Assembly: GCF_026626745.1 (NCBI RefSeq)
Contig: NZ_JAPNJW010000001.1
Coordinates: 716,311 to 780,310 of the forward strand
Length of the DNA: 64,000 nt
DNA from: Nannocystis sp. RBIL2
GTDB lineage: Bacteria > Myxococcota_A > Polyangia > Nannocystales > Nannocystaceae
Direction of reading: 5' to 3'
The notes under the pieces are model-generated. The model was not told the origin of the DNA. It did not search any database and was given only the letters and a program-made list of their open reading frames with translations. The position numbers and the translations under genes are program-made. Each line of letters opens with the position of its first letter. Position 1 is the first letter of the stretch. Below, piece by piece: positions 9,238-18,470 of the stretch.

Positions 9238-10482
9238 ATGCACGCACGCATCCCTCTTCGCATCCGGGTCGGCGTCGATTGGCGCGTCGCGGTGGCTCTG
9301 ATGCTGGCGGGCTGTCTCGATCGCAACGGCGGGCAGATCGATCCGACCACGGTCGAGCTGTCGACCGGCAGCGGCACCGACAGCAGCAGCAGCGGCACCA
9401 GCGGCCCCGGCATCATGACCACCACCGTCGATCCGGGCGGCAGCGACGGCGACAGCGGCTCGACCGGCGACCCGACGCCCGCGCCGTGCGGCAACGGCAA
9501 GATCGACGTGCCCGAGCAGTGCGATCAGGGCGACGCCAACGGCGACGACCGCGAGTGCACGTCCTCCTGCCGCTGGAACATCTGCGGCGACGGCCTGCTC
9601 AAGATCGGCGACGAGGTCTGCGACGACGGCAAGGGCAAGAACGGCAGCTACGGCCACTGCGGCAAGTACTGCAAGGACTTCTCCCCACACTGCGGCGACG
9701 GCACGTTGCAGGCGGCCGACGGCGAGGTCTGCGACGACACCAATCCGATGTACGGCTGCCTCCCCGACTGCACGCGGGCGACCTCGTGCCTCGACATCCG
9801 CACCGGCTGGGGCGACGCGGCCCAGACCGGCCTCTACTCGATCCGTCGCGAGGACAGGCAGGTGACCGTGTGGTGCGACATGCAAGCCGACGGCGGCGGC
9901 TACACATTCTTAAAGTACGCATCGGGCACTCTGGTCCCCAACCCGCCCGAGCCGGACAAGTTCATCGGCGAGCCGCTCACCGCGGCGCAAGCCGAGGAGA
10001 AGTGCGCCTCGTGGGGCCTGCGCCTGTTCTCCCCGCGCACGCAGCAGCACCTGCGAGCCGCCGTCACCGCCGCGAGCGCCCCCGAGTTCGCCCCGATCCA
10101 CGTCACCGGCGGCTACCCCTCGGGCGTCGCCGCCGACAGCGACGCCGCCGGCTACCTGTCGATCATGGGCATCTATCCCGTCACTCCGGGCCTCAGCTGC
10201 GCGAGCAAGCCGCTCAACAGCGAGGACTGCCCGCAGTGGGCCGCGAAGCCCGATCCGCAGGACCCCGACGTCGTGAGGCCCTACTGGGTCACCGACAAGA
10301 TCTTCTTGGACGAGCCAGGCACCACCAATTGCGCCGGCTGCTCGCTCTACTACGCCTGGAACCTCGACGTGCAGCCTCCCGTCCTCACGAGCTACGAGGC
10401 GGTCAACCTGAACGGCAAGGGTTGGGTCAGCCCGCACTTCCTGTGCGAAGTCGGCGACAAGCTCGGCCCGCCCGAAGGCTGA
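9238..10482 (+). CDS. secreted lipoprotein with myxococcal cysteine-rich repeats and a fibrinogen-related (FReD-like) C-terminal domain
   Basis: Lipobox signal (VAVALMLAGC). Three CxxCGDGxxxxxExCDDG-type repeats. The C-terminal GLYSIRREDRQVTVWCDMQADGGGYTFLKY matches the fibrinogen C-domain core (VYCDM..GGGWT). Confidence 0.65.
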   Translation: MHARIPLRIRVGVDWRVAVALMLAGCLDRNGGQIDPTTVELSTGSGTDSSSSGTSGPGIMTTTVDPGGSDGDSGSTGDPTPAPCGNGKIDVPEQCDQGDANGDDRECTSSCRWNICGDGLLKIGDEVCDDGKGKNGSYGHCGKYCKDFSPHCGDGTLQAADGEVCDDTNPMYGCLPDCTRATSCLDIRTGWGDAAQTGLYSIRREDRQVTVWCDMQADGGGYTFLKYASGTLVPNPPEPDKFIGEPLTAAQAEEKCASWGLRLFSPRTQQHLRAAVTAASAPEFAPIHVTGGYPSGVAADSDAAGYLSIMGIYPVTPGLSCASKPLNSEDCPQWAAKPDPQDPDVVRPYWVTDKIFLDEPGTTNCAGCSLYYAWNLDVQPPVLTSYEAVNLNGKGWVSPHFLCEVGDKLGPPEG

Positions 10483-10543
10483 CACCTGCTCTCTCGGCCA
10501 TGTCCTGGGACTCCTGTCCTCGAGGCCACCCGGTCCGCCTCGC

Positions 10544-11143
10544 TCAGGCGACCCCGAGCGACTCCAGCAGCTCCACCACCTCCGCGAGCGGCAGCCCGAC
10601 CACGTTCGTGTAGCTGCCCTCGATCTTGCGCACCAGCCCGGCCGCCGCGCCCTGGATCCCGTAGGCCCCGGCCTTGTCGCGCCACTCCTCCGTGTCGAGG
10701 TAGCGATCGATCTGCGCCGGAATCAGCGGCCGGAACCACACCGTCGTCGTCACCGCGAACGGGTGCCAGCGGACCTCGGGCCCGCGGAGGTCCGCGATCG
10801 CCACGGCAGTCGTCGTGAAGTGGGAGCGGCCCGCCAGCCGGGTCAGCATCGCCGCCGCCTCCGCGCGGTCGGCCGCCTTCGCCAGCGGTTCGACCTGTCC
10901 TTCGAGCCAGACCGTCGTGTCGGCCGCCAGCACCACCGAACCTGGCCGCAAGGCCAGGTCGGCCTTGGCCCGCGCCACCCGCTCGACGTACGCCGGCGGC
11001 GGCTCGCCGGGCAACCACGTCTCGTCGGCGTCGACCGGCGCGCGCGTACACGCGATCCCGGCCGAGCGCAGCAGTTCGGCCCGCCGCGGCGACGCCGAGG
11101 CGAGGACGAGGACAGGCGGGGTCTGCGGGGCGGGCTCGGTCAT
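10544..11143 (-). CDS. maf: Maf-like nucleoside triphosphate pyrophosphatase (septum formation protein)
   Basis: About 200 aa with LVLASASPRRAELL and C-terminal AGAYGIQG motifs. Confidence 0.8.
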   Translation of the reverse strand: MTEPAPQTPPVLVLASASPRRAELLRSAGIACTRAPVDADETWLPGEPPPAYVERVARAKADLALRPGSVVLAADTTVWLEGQVEPLAKAADRAEAAAMLTRLAGRSHFTTTAVAIADLRGPEVRWHPFAVTTTVWFRPLIPAQIDRYLDTEEWRDKAGAYGIQGAAAGLVRKIEGSYTNVVGLPLAEVVELLESLGVA

Positions 11144-11376
11144 GGCCGGCTTTTGCCGGAAAGCGACCGTCCGCGCAACCTCGCCGCGGCGCCCGCCCGC
11201 GGGTGCGACGAGGCTCGGCCCGCCACGCCATGTTTTCCGCACGCGCCAGCTTCCGTGCTCCTCGCGCAGGTCGACCGTGCTCGTCCGCGACGCAGCCGCG
11301 GCCGCGACGGACGAGCCCGCAAGCGGCCCTGCGGCGCCCCGGCGGGCCCGGCGGCGGTGCGTGCTACCATCTCGGC

Positions 11377-12366
11377 ATGCGGCGCCCCTTCTGCCTCTCG
11401 AGCGTCTACCTCCTCGCGGTCCTCGCGCTGTCGGCCCCGCTCATCGTCGTCGAGGCGCCCGACCCCGGCGAACCTGTCCCCGAGGACACCTGCGACGCCG
11501 ACGCCGTCGACCCCGAGCTGCTGGGCGTCTGGCACCGCTGGGACGCCCTCGCCGAGGGCGACCGCATGCGCTTCTACTTCTTCCACGAGGGCGGCTTCGG
11601 CCTCTACCGCTACGGCAAGGTCGGCCTCACCAACACCCACAGCTTCGACTACCGCGCCGAGGGCGGCCACCTCGAGCTCACCTTCCGCAAGACCGGCGAG
11701 CGCCGGCGCGTCCCCTACCGCCTCGAGGAGCAGGGCGGACGCACCTGGCTGGTCCTCGACGACGACCCGCGCGAGCCCGGCGGCGCCCGCTACTTCAAGG
11801 CCCCGGCGGCCACCACCGGCGCGCCCTGCTACGACCCCGCGGGCGACCTGCCCCAAAAGCCAGGCACTCCCGCGCCCGGGCCCACCGCCAGCGACCTGCC
11901 CCAAGAGCCAGGCTCCCCCGCGCCCGCGCTGCTCGCCGCGGGCCTGCCCCGAGAGCCAGGCTCCCCCGCGCCCCTCGCCGCCGACGACCTCGCCGCCGCC
12001 GAGCGGATCGGCGGGCGCCTGTGGGGCGAGGAGGTCCGTTACGCCACCGGCGGCATGGGCTTCTCGATCTACCAGCTGCAGCCGCAAGCGATCGACGGCC
12101 GCGGCGTCGGCTGGCACCACCGCGGCGACTACGACGAGTGGACCACTGAGACCCTGACCTACCGCCAGCGCGGCGATCGCCTGGCCCTGTCGTTCCCGCT
12201 GCGCCACGACGGCCTCGACACCGCGATCCTCGTCAGCGGCAGCGGCGACGACCGCACCCTCCAGCTCGCCGAGGATCCGCGCGACTTCTGGCGCGCCCAC
12301 ACCTACCGCGACATGGGCCCCACCTTCGCCGGCGCGGTCGCCCCGAGCGCCTGCCTGCCGCAGTGA
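11377..12366 (+). CDS. hypothetical secreted protein with 3 x 48-bp internal tandem repeats
   Basis: Signal peptide MRRPFCLSSVYLLAVLALSAP; repeats DLPQ(K/E)PG(T/S)PAP; no recognisable domain. Confidence 0.45.
   Translation: MRRPFCLSSVYLLAVLALSAPLIVVEAPDPGEPVPEDTCDADAVDPELLGVWHRWDALAEGDRMRFYFFHEGGFGLYRYGKVGLTNTHSFDYRAEGGHLELTFRKTGERRRVPYRLEEQGGRTWLVLDDDPREPGGARYFKAPAATTGAPCYDPAGDLPQKPGTPAPGPTASDLPQEPGSPAPALLAAGLPREPGSPAPLAADDLAAAERIGGRLWGEEVRYATGGMGFSIYQLQPQAIDGRGVGWHHRGDYDEWTTETLTYRQRGDRLALSFPLRHDGLDTAILVSGSGDDRTLQLAEDPRDFWRAHTYRDMGPTFAGAVAPSACLPQ
11845..11973 (+). repeat. 3 x 48-bp tandem repeat within the hypothetical secreted protein gene
   Basis: GACCTGCCCCAA(A/G)AGCCAGGC(A/T)C(T/C)CCCGCGCCC x 3. 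Confidence 0.8.
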
Positions 12367-12418
12367 CCACCCCGTCGACGCCGACTCTGCCTGTCTCTTC
12401 GCGCAGGCCCTTCAAGAC

Positions 12419-13150
12419 ATGTCCTTGACGCCAGACGACATCGCCGCCAACCTCGCCGCCGTCCGCGCCCGGATCGCCGCCGCCGTCGCCCGACGCGGCC
12501 CCGGTCCCGTGCCCACCCTCATCGGCGTCAGCAAGAAGCAGCCCGCCGAGGCCGTGATCACCGCCTGTCGGGCCGGCCTCGGCGACCTCGGCGAGAACTA
12601 CGCCCAGGAGCTGGTCGCCAAGGCCGAGCTCGTCGCCGCGGCCGTCACCCCGCCGCGCTGGCACTTCATCGGCCCGCTGCAGACCAACAAGGTGCGCAAG
12701 GTCGTCGCCGTCGGCGCCCTCGTCCACACCGTCGATCGCCCGGGGCTCGTCGACGAGCTCGCCCGCGAGGTCGAGCGCCTGCGCGCGGGCCGAGGCGCCA
12801 CCACCCCGCTCGAGCTGCTCGTCGAGGTCAACGTCGGCGACGAGGCGCAGAAGGCTGGCGTCTCCCCGACGGACCTGCCGGCGCTGCTCGACCAGATCGC
12901 CGCCCGTCCCCAGCTGCGCTGCGTCGGCCTCATGGCGATCCCCCCCGAGGGCGAGCCGGAGCAGACTCGCCCGTACTTCGCCCGCCTGCGCGAGCTGCTG
13001 CGCCGTGAAGCCGCGATCGCGCGCCCCGGCGTCGACCTGGTCCACCTCTCCATGGGCATGAGCGCCGACTTCGAGGTCGCGATCGAAGAGGGCGCGACCA
13101 TGGTCCGCGTCGGCACCGCCATCTTCGGCGCCCGTCCGCCGCGCGCCTGA
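12419..13150 (+). CDS. yggS: YggS-family pyridoxal-phosphate-binding protein (PLP homeostasis)
   Basis: 243 aa with the alanine-racemase N-terminal fold signature (LIGVSKKQP...GHLQTNKVR...). Confidence 0.85.
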   Translation: MSLTPDDIAANLAAVRARIAAAVARRGPGPVPTLIGVSKKQPAEAVITACRAGLGDLGENYAQELVAKAELVAAAVTPPRWHFIGPLQTNKVRKVVAVGALVHTVDRPGLVDELAREVERLRAGRGATTPLELLVEVNVGDEAQKAGVSPTDLPALLDQIAARPQLRCVGLMAIPPEGEPEQTRPYFARLRELLRREAAIARPGVDLVHLSMGMSADFEVAIEEGATMVRVGTAIFGARPPRA

Positions 13151-13300
13151 CCGCTGCGCCGCCGCGATCGCACGCGGTGCCGCGACCACCGTCACGGTTC
13201 AGGCCGCCATCGCCTCCCCGGTGATGTTCGGCCGCGTCGGCGAGCTCGCGCTCCCGCCAGGGCTCGTGACCGAGGGCAAGCGGCGCGCCCGCGGGCGCCC

Positions 13301-14638
13301 ATGTCCCCGCGCGGCGCGGCGTGCTATCGCAGGCGCGTGCCCAAGGCACCATTGCTCGCACCGCCCGGGCCCCCGACGATCTCCTTCTACTGGGACGGCG
13401 CCCCGGTCGCCGCTTGCCCCGGCGACACCGTCGCCTCCGCGCTGATCGCCGCCGGCGAGCTCGCCACCAGCCGCAGCGCCAAGTACCGCCGGCTGCGCGG
13501 CCCCGCCTGCCTGCACGGTGGCTGCGGCACCTGCCTCGTGCGCGTCGACGGTCGGCCCAACCAGCGGGCCTGTCTCACGCCTGTCCGCGAGGACATGCGC
13601 GTCGAGCCGCAGAACACCTACGGCGGCCTCGACCCGACCGCCCTCGTCGACCAGGTGTTCCGCCGCGGCATCGACCACCACCACCTCGTCGTCTACCCGC
13701 GGATCGCCAACCAGATGATGCAGGGCGTCGCCCGCGAGCTGGCCGGCTTCGGCGAGCTGCCCGACGCGCCGCCCGAAGACGTCCCCGGCGTCGTTGACCA
13801 CGCCCCCGAGGTCCTGGTCATCGGGGCAGGTCGCTCGGGCCGCGCGCTCGCTACCTCTCTGGCCGCCGCCGGCCACCCGCCGCTGGTCGTCGAGCGCCGC
13901 CCCGCCGCCGCCCTCGCCGGCAGCGATCTCCCGGCCCGGCTCCTCGCCGGCGTCGGCGTGTTCGCCTGCTACCCGCAGGAGCGGCTGTGGGCCGCCGCCT
14001 CCGAGCAGCCGCCGGTGCTCCACCGCCTGCGCCCGCGCCACGTCGTGCTGGCCGTCGGCGCCCACGAGCCGACCATCCCCCTGGCCAACAACGACCTCCC
14101 GGGGGTCGTGTCCGCACGTGGCCTCGCGGACATGCTCGAACAGACAGGTCGCAAGCTCAGCGCGCGCGTCGTCGTCATCGGCGAGGGCGCCCGCGCCGAG
14201 CTGCTCGCGAGCACCCTCGCCGCCGAGCGGGTCCCGCCGGCCCGCGTGCGCAAGCTGATCGGCGCGCGTCGGGTCAAGGGCGTCCAGCTCGAGGACGGCA
14301 AGATCCTCCGCTGCGACCTCGTCGCCCTCGCCCCCGACCCCGCGCCCGCCTTCGAGCTGGCCGCCCAGGCCGGCGCCCCGATCCACTTCACCGGGGCCGG
14401 CTTCGCCCCCGTCGTTGACGCCGACGGCCGGATCGCCGCCGGCCCGGCCGCGCACCCGCTCGAGGCCGAAGGCGCCCAGACGGCCCCGCCTCCGCCGTGG
14501 ACGCTGTGGGCCGTCGGCGAGCTGGCCGGCGCCACCACGCCCGCCGAGATCCGCGGCACCGTCGACCGCTGCGCCGCGGCCCTGGTGCGCGCGCTCGCCG
14601 AGTCACCTGCCCCGAAGGACAGCCATGACCGCGCCTGA
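13301..14638 (+). CDS. opine/sarcosine oxidase alpha-subunit or HcnB-like FAD/NAD oxidoreductase with N-terminal 2Fe-2S domain
   Basis: 445 aa. The N-terminal Cys cluster ([22 protein letters not shown]) is followed by the pyridine-nucleotide-disulfide oxidoreductase fold ([14 protein letters not shown]). Confidence 0.75.
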   Translation: MSPRGAACYRRRVPKAPLLAPPGPPTISFYWDGAPVAACPGDTVASALIAAGELATSRSAKYRRLRGPACLHGGCGTCLVRVDGRPNQRACLTPVREDMRVEPQNTYGGLDPTALVDQVFRRGIDHHHLVVYPRIANQMMQGVARELAGFGELPDAPPEDVPGVVDHAPEVLVIGAGRSGRALATSLAAAGHPPLVVERRPAAALAGSDLPARLLAGVGVFACYPQERLWAAASEQPPVLHRLRPRHVVLAVGAHEPTIPLANNDLPGVVSARGLADMLEQTGRKLSARVVVIGEGARAELLASTLAAERVPPARVRKLIGARRVKGVQLEDGKILRCDLVALAPDPAPAFELAAQAGAPIHFTGAGFAPVVDADGRIAAGPAAHPLEAEGAQTAPPPPWTLWAVGELAGATTPAEIRGTVDRCAAALVRALAESPAPKDSHDRA

Positions 14639-14689
14639 GCCCCGCGTCCGCGATCTGTCCCGTGGGACAGGCCCGAGCACCCGGGCCCA

Positions 14690-14800
14690 CCAGTCGTCCT
14701 CGACTGCCGAGCTCGCCGGGCTTTCGACTGCCGAGCTCACAGCCCCAGCCGCCCCCGCGCACGAGCCGTCACCAGCAACTGCCGAGCTCGCCGAGCCCGC
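14690..14800. repeat. three copies of ACTGCCGAGCTC(G/A)C in the 285-bp spacer between flavoenzyme subunit genes; the GT-centred palindrome CTGTCCC-GT-GGGACAG lies just upstream at about 14655-14670
   Basis: Read directly from the sequence. Confidence 0.75.
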
Positions 14801-14923
14801 GACGGCCGAGCCCGCTCGCCTGTCTCCCGGGCCAGCCGCCGGCGACCTGTCCTTGCGGACATCCTGTCGGCGCTCGCCTCCCCTGTCGCCGCCGACCTCC
14901 CTCCTGCCCCCGCGAGGCCTGCC

Positions 14924-15217
14924 ATGACCGCGCGCACCTTCGTCTGTCGCTGCGAGGACGTCACTCTGACGGAGATCGAGCGGGCCATCGCCGCCGGTCT
15001 GTCCGACGTCGAGGAGATCAAGCGCTACACCGGCCTCGGCACCGGGCCGTGCCAGGGCAAGGAGTGCCTGTCGGCGCTGGGGCGGCTGCTCGTCGCCCGC
15101 AACCTGATCGCGCCCGCCGCCCTGCGCCCGTTCACCGCCCGCCCGCCGGTCGAGCCGGTGACCTTCGGCGCCCTCGCGGCCGGCGCCACCGACCACCCGG
15201 AGGATCCGTCGCCATGA
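14924..15217 (+). CDS. (2Fe-2S)-binding BFD-like small subunit (HcnA / OoxA-small-subunit-like)
   Basis: 97 aa with a CRCE...C...GPCQGKEC cysteine pattern; its TGA overlaps the next ATG. Confidence 0.7.
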   Translation: MTARTFVCRCEDVTLTEIERAIAAGLSDVEEIKRYTGLGTGPCQGKECLSALGRLLVARNLIAPAALRPFTARPPVEPVTFGALAAGATDHPEDPSP

Positions 15218-16425
15218 CCGTCGCGATGGGCCGCGCCGACACTCCGCTGCCGGCCGACGTCGACGTCGCGGTGATCGGCGGCGGCATCATGGGCCTGGGG
15301 CTCGCCTACCACCTGGCCCTGCTGTCCGGCGGCAAGGGCAAGCAGCCGCTGTCGGTCGCGGTCATCGAGCGCAGCTACCTCGTCAGCGGCGCCTCCGGCC
15401 GCAACGGCGGCGGCGTGCGCATGCAGTGGGGCGACGCTGGCAACGTCCGCCTGATGATGGACAGCATCGAGCTGTGCAAGGACCTCGCGCAGCAGCTCGG
15501 CATCAACTTGTGGTTCCGCCAGGGCGGCTACCTGTTCCTCGCCCGCACCGAGGCCGGCGAGCGTCGGCTCGAGCGCAACGTCCAGCTCCACGGCGAGGTC
15601 GGGGCGCCGACCCGCCTGCTCACCGCCGCCGAGGCGCAGGCGATCGTCCCCCAGCTCGACGTCGCCGAGGTCCGGCTCGCCACCTTCAACCCCGAAGACG
15701 GCGTCGTGTTCCCGTGGGCCTTCGTGTGGGGCTACGCCGCCAAGGCGGTCGAGCGCGGCGTCGTCCTGCGCACGCACACCAGCGTCGTCCGCGTCGAGCC
15801 GCTGGCCCAGGGCTTCGCGCTGCACCTGCACACCGGCGAGGTCGTGCGCGCGCGCCGGGTCGTCAACGCCACCGGCGCCTGGTCGGGCGCGCTCAACCAC
15901 CAGCTCGGCATCGACCTGCCCAACCGCCCGCACCGCCACGAGATCCTCTCGAGCGAGCCGCTCAAGCCGTTCCTCGATCCGCTGGTCGTCGACCTCTCGA
16001 GCGGCCTCTACTTCTCCCAGAGCACCCGCGGCGAGCTCGTCACCGGCATCAGCCTGCCCGACGCGCCCGACGGCAGCGACGAGAGCCTCACCCTCCACTC
16101 CAGCCTCCGCTTCCTCACCCACCTCAGCGCCACGCTCACGCGCCTGATGCCGATCACCGCGGCGATGAAGGTCCTGCGGCAGTGGGTCGGTCCCTACGAC
16201 GTCTCGCCCGACGGCGACGCGATCGTCGGCCCCAGCCCCGGCCACCCCGACTTCATCCAGGTGTGCGGCTTCACCGGGCACGGCTTCATGATGGCGCCCG
16301 CGGTGGGTCGGCTGCTGGCGCGCTGGCTCGCCCTCGGCGAGGCCCACCCGATGCTGGCGCGCTGGTCCCCGGGTCGCTTCGCCGCCGGGGGTGTCGCCCG
16401 CCGCGAGGACATGATCATCGGCTGA
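15214..16425 (+). CDS. FAD-dependent oxidoreductase (DAO family; SoxB / HcnC / D-amino-acid-dehydrogenase-like)
   Basis: About 403 aa with VAVIGGGIMGLGLAYHLA GxGxxG fold and a C-terminal GFTGHGFMMAPAVG motif. Confidence 0.8.
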   Translation: MTVAMGRADTPLPADVDVAVIGGGIMGLGLAYHLALLSGGKGKQPLSVAVIERSYLVSGASGRNGGGVRMQWGDAGNVRLMMDSIELCKDLAQQLGINLWFRQGGYLFLARTEAGERRLERNVQLHGEVGAPTRLLTAAEAQAIVPQLDVAEVRLATFNPEDGVVFPWAFVWGYAAKAVERGVVLRTHTSVVRVEPLAQGFALHLHTGEVVRARRVVNATGAWSGALNHQLGIDLPNRPHRHEILSSEPLKPFLDPLVVDLSSGLYFSQSTRGELVTGISLPDAPDGSDESLTLHSSLRFLTHLSATLTRLMPITAAMKVLRQWVGPYDVSPDGDAIVGPSPGHPDFIQVCGFTGHGFMMAPAVGRLLARWLALGEAHPMLARWSPGRFAAGGVARREDMIIG

Positions 16426-16736
16426 CTCGCCGGGATCGGCCCCGCAAATAAACCCGTGCGCCTCGCCATGAACCGGTAGCCACGCGCGAATTCGGCGGCG
16501 CCGCCTCACGCGCCCCGCGCGATGTGGGCCCGAGTCGCCCCCGCCAGGGTCGGCTTCGCGACGGGTCTTATGCCGCTCCGCCGCGGCTTCCGGGCGATTG
16601 GCGGCGGAAAACCCCGGCGTTTCCCGACTCCCCGCCGGCCGTCCAGCGCCCCGCGAACCAGGTTGCGACCGCCCGGTGCGCCTGCCCCTCGGCGGCCGGA
16701 CTGCGATATCATCTCCGTCCGACCTCCGAGGTGCCA

Positions 16737-16752
16737 TGGGCCCGTGCTTGCC
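16737..16752 (+). promoter_or_regulatory. candidate sigma-54 (-24/-12) promoter, TGGGCCCGTGCTTGCC
   Basis: GG and GC elements have the consensus TGGCAC-N5-TTGC spacing, about 60 bp upstream of the MBL hydrolase gene. Confidence 0.25.
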
Positions 16753-16812
16753 AGCCGAATTTGTTCTGCCCTATCATCGGCGAAACATGCAGCCAGCGAA
16801 GGATAGCGCCCC

Positions 16813-17628
16813 ATGGAAGTGACTTTCTGGGGCACCCGGGGCAGCATTCCAGTTTCCGGGCCGCGGTACGCAGAGTTCGGCGGCAACACGCCCTGCCTTC
16901 AGATTTCGCTCGAGAGCACGACGGACACCGTCATCCTCGATTCGGGCTCGGGCATCCGTGAGCTCGGCATCCGCCTCGTGCAGACTCGAGCCGCGCACTC
17001 GCGGGTCATTCACCTGTTTCTGACCCACGCTCACTGGGATCACATCCAGGGCTTCCCGTTCTTCCCGCCGGCCTTCATGCCGGACTTCCGGCTCCACATC
17101 TACTGCACGAAGGACGCGCGAGCGGTCCTCGACCGGCAGATGTCGACGCCGTTCTTCCCGGTCGGCCTCGACGTGATGGGCTCCACCAAGCTCTTCCATC
17201 ACCTGCTGCCGCAGGAGGTCACGACCATCGCCGAGGCGACGCTGCGGCACATCCCGCTGCCGCACCCGCAGGAGAGCACCGCGTTCCGCGTCGACGAGCG
17301 CGGCAAGTCGGTCGTGTTCGCCACCGACACCGAGCACGCGCCCGACCACATCAACGAGACCCTGCGTGACCTGGCCGAAGGGGCAGACGTCCTGATCTAC
17401 GACGCCCAGTACACCTCCGAGGAGTACAGCGCCGGCAAGCAGGGCTGGGGTCACAGCACCTTCGCCGAGGCCGTCAAGCTGGCCCGCGCCGCCCGCGTCG
17501 GCAAGCTCGTCCTCTACAGCCACGACCCGGCCCACGACGACGAGATGCTGCGCAAGATCGAGGCGGCCGCCCAGGAGGCCTACCCCGGCACCGTCGCCGC
17601 CCGCGACGGCATGAAGCTGAAGCTCTGA
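16813..17628 (+). CDS. MBL-fold metallo-hydrolase
   Basis: 271 aa with LTHAHWDHIQG metal-binding motif (HxHxDH). Confidence 0.8.
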   Translation: MEVTFWGTRGSIPVSGPRYAEFGGNTPCLQISLESTTDTVILDSGSGIRELGIRLVQTRAAHSRVIHLFLTHAHWDHIQGFPFFPPAFMPDFRLHIYCTKDARAVLDRQMSTPFFPVGLDVMGSTKLFHHLLPQEVTTIAEATLRHIPLPHPQESTAFRVDERGKSVVFATDTEHAPDHINETLRDLAEGADVLIYDAQYTSEEYSAGKQGWGHSTFAEAVKLARAARVGKLVLYSHDPAHDDEMLRKIEAAAQEAYPGTVAARDGMKLKL

Positions 17629-17695
17629 GCCGACTGGCCGCCAGGACATGTCCTCGCGGCCAGCTCGGCGGTGCCGTCCGTCCGGCTGAGCTCGC

Positions 17696-18320
17696 ATGTC
17701 GCAGCACGAGATCGAAGACACCGTCGCCGACTCGCTGCGCGTGCTCCACGAGCACCACCGCGGCGACGACCACTGCGGGTGCGCGGTGATCGGCAGGCGG
17801 TAGGTGAAGCGCCGCGCGATCAGGATGTCGAAGACCGGCCCACCGTCGGTCACGAGAACGGTTTCCTCCTCGAGGGCGCCCTGTACTGCGACGCCGGCAC
17901 GCCGCTGTGGCACGAGCTCGCCGCCGCCGGGGTGCTGCGAGGCGCCGACGCCGAACCGCCGCGGCCGCTGCCCCTCGGCGCCGTCGCGCTGCAGGTGACG
18001 CGGGCGGCCGAGCCGATCGACGACCGCGACCTGATCGCCAGGTGGATCAACTTCGGCCCGCGAATGCTGTTCCCGAAGACCCGGCACGTGCACAAGGGCG
18101 AGCTGGTGGCCCCGAACCCGTTCACGGGCGACCCGATCGTCGCCCCGAAGACTGCGTCCTCCCGGCCGAACCGACGGTCGCAGAGCTCGCCGCCATCCCC
18201 GACGCAGTCGCGCTGCGCGAGCTGGCCCGCCGCGTCGACGCCATCAACGTCCCGGTCCACTACGACTACCGCCCGCCGCGCGAGCTCTGGTCCGAGGCCG
18301 AAGCCTGGTTCTGGGGCTGA
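17696..18320 (+). pseudogene. disrupted hypothetical gene (in-frame TAG near 17800 plus two apparent frameshifts near 17860 and 18138)
   Basis: Three segments, each with high third-position GC, lie in different frames. They read MSQHEIEDTVADSL... / ...HENGFLLEGALYCDAGTPLWHEL...NPFTGDPIVAP / EDCVLPAEPTVAELAAIP...YDYRPPRELWSEAEAWFWG. Confidence 0.3.
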
Positions 18321-18470
18321 CCTGCCGCTCGCGCGCGTCGGCTCCGGCGCGCCGTTCGTGCTCGCCAGAGTAGTGACCGACGCGCCGACCATGCTCGCGG
18401 CGCATCACCTGTCCCGAAGTTCCGAACGGGATCGTCCGCGCCTGGGCCCGCAGCGGCTCGCGCCGCGCGC

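Noticed and set aside
14415-14927. Full 170-aa ORF as a gene
   Set aside because: The first 70 codons overlap the 3' end of the large flavoenzyme subunit in another frame and are Arg/Pro-rich junk. Only the 14625-14927 portion is kept, as a low-confidence coupled mini-ORF.
16426-16812. tRNA or small RNA gene in the 387-bp intergenic region
   Set aside because: There is no cloverleaf-compatible GTTCGA T-loop or anticodon-stem pattern. Only a candidate sigma-54 promoter is reported.
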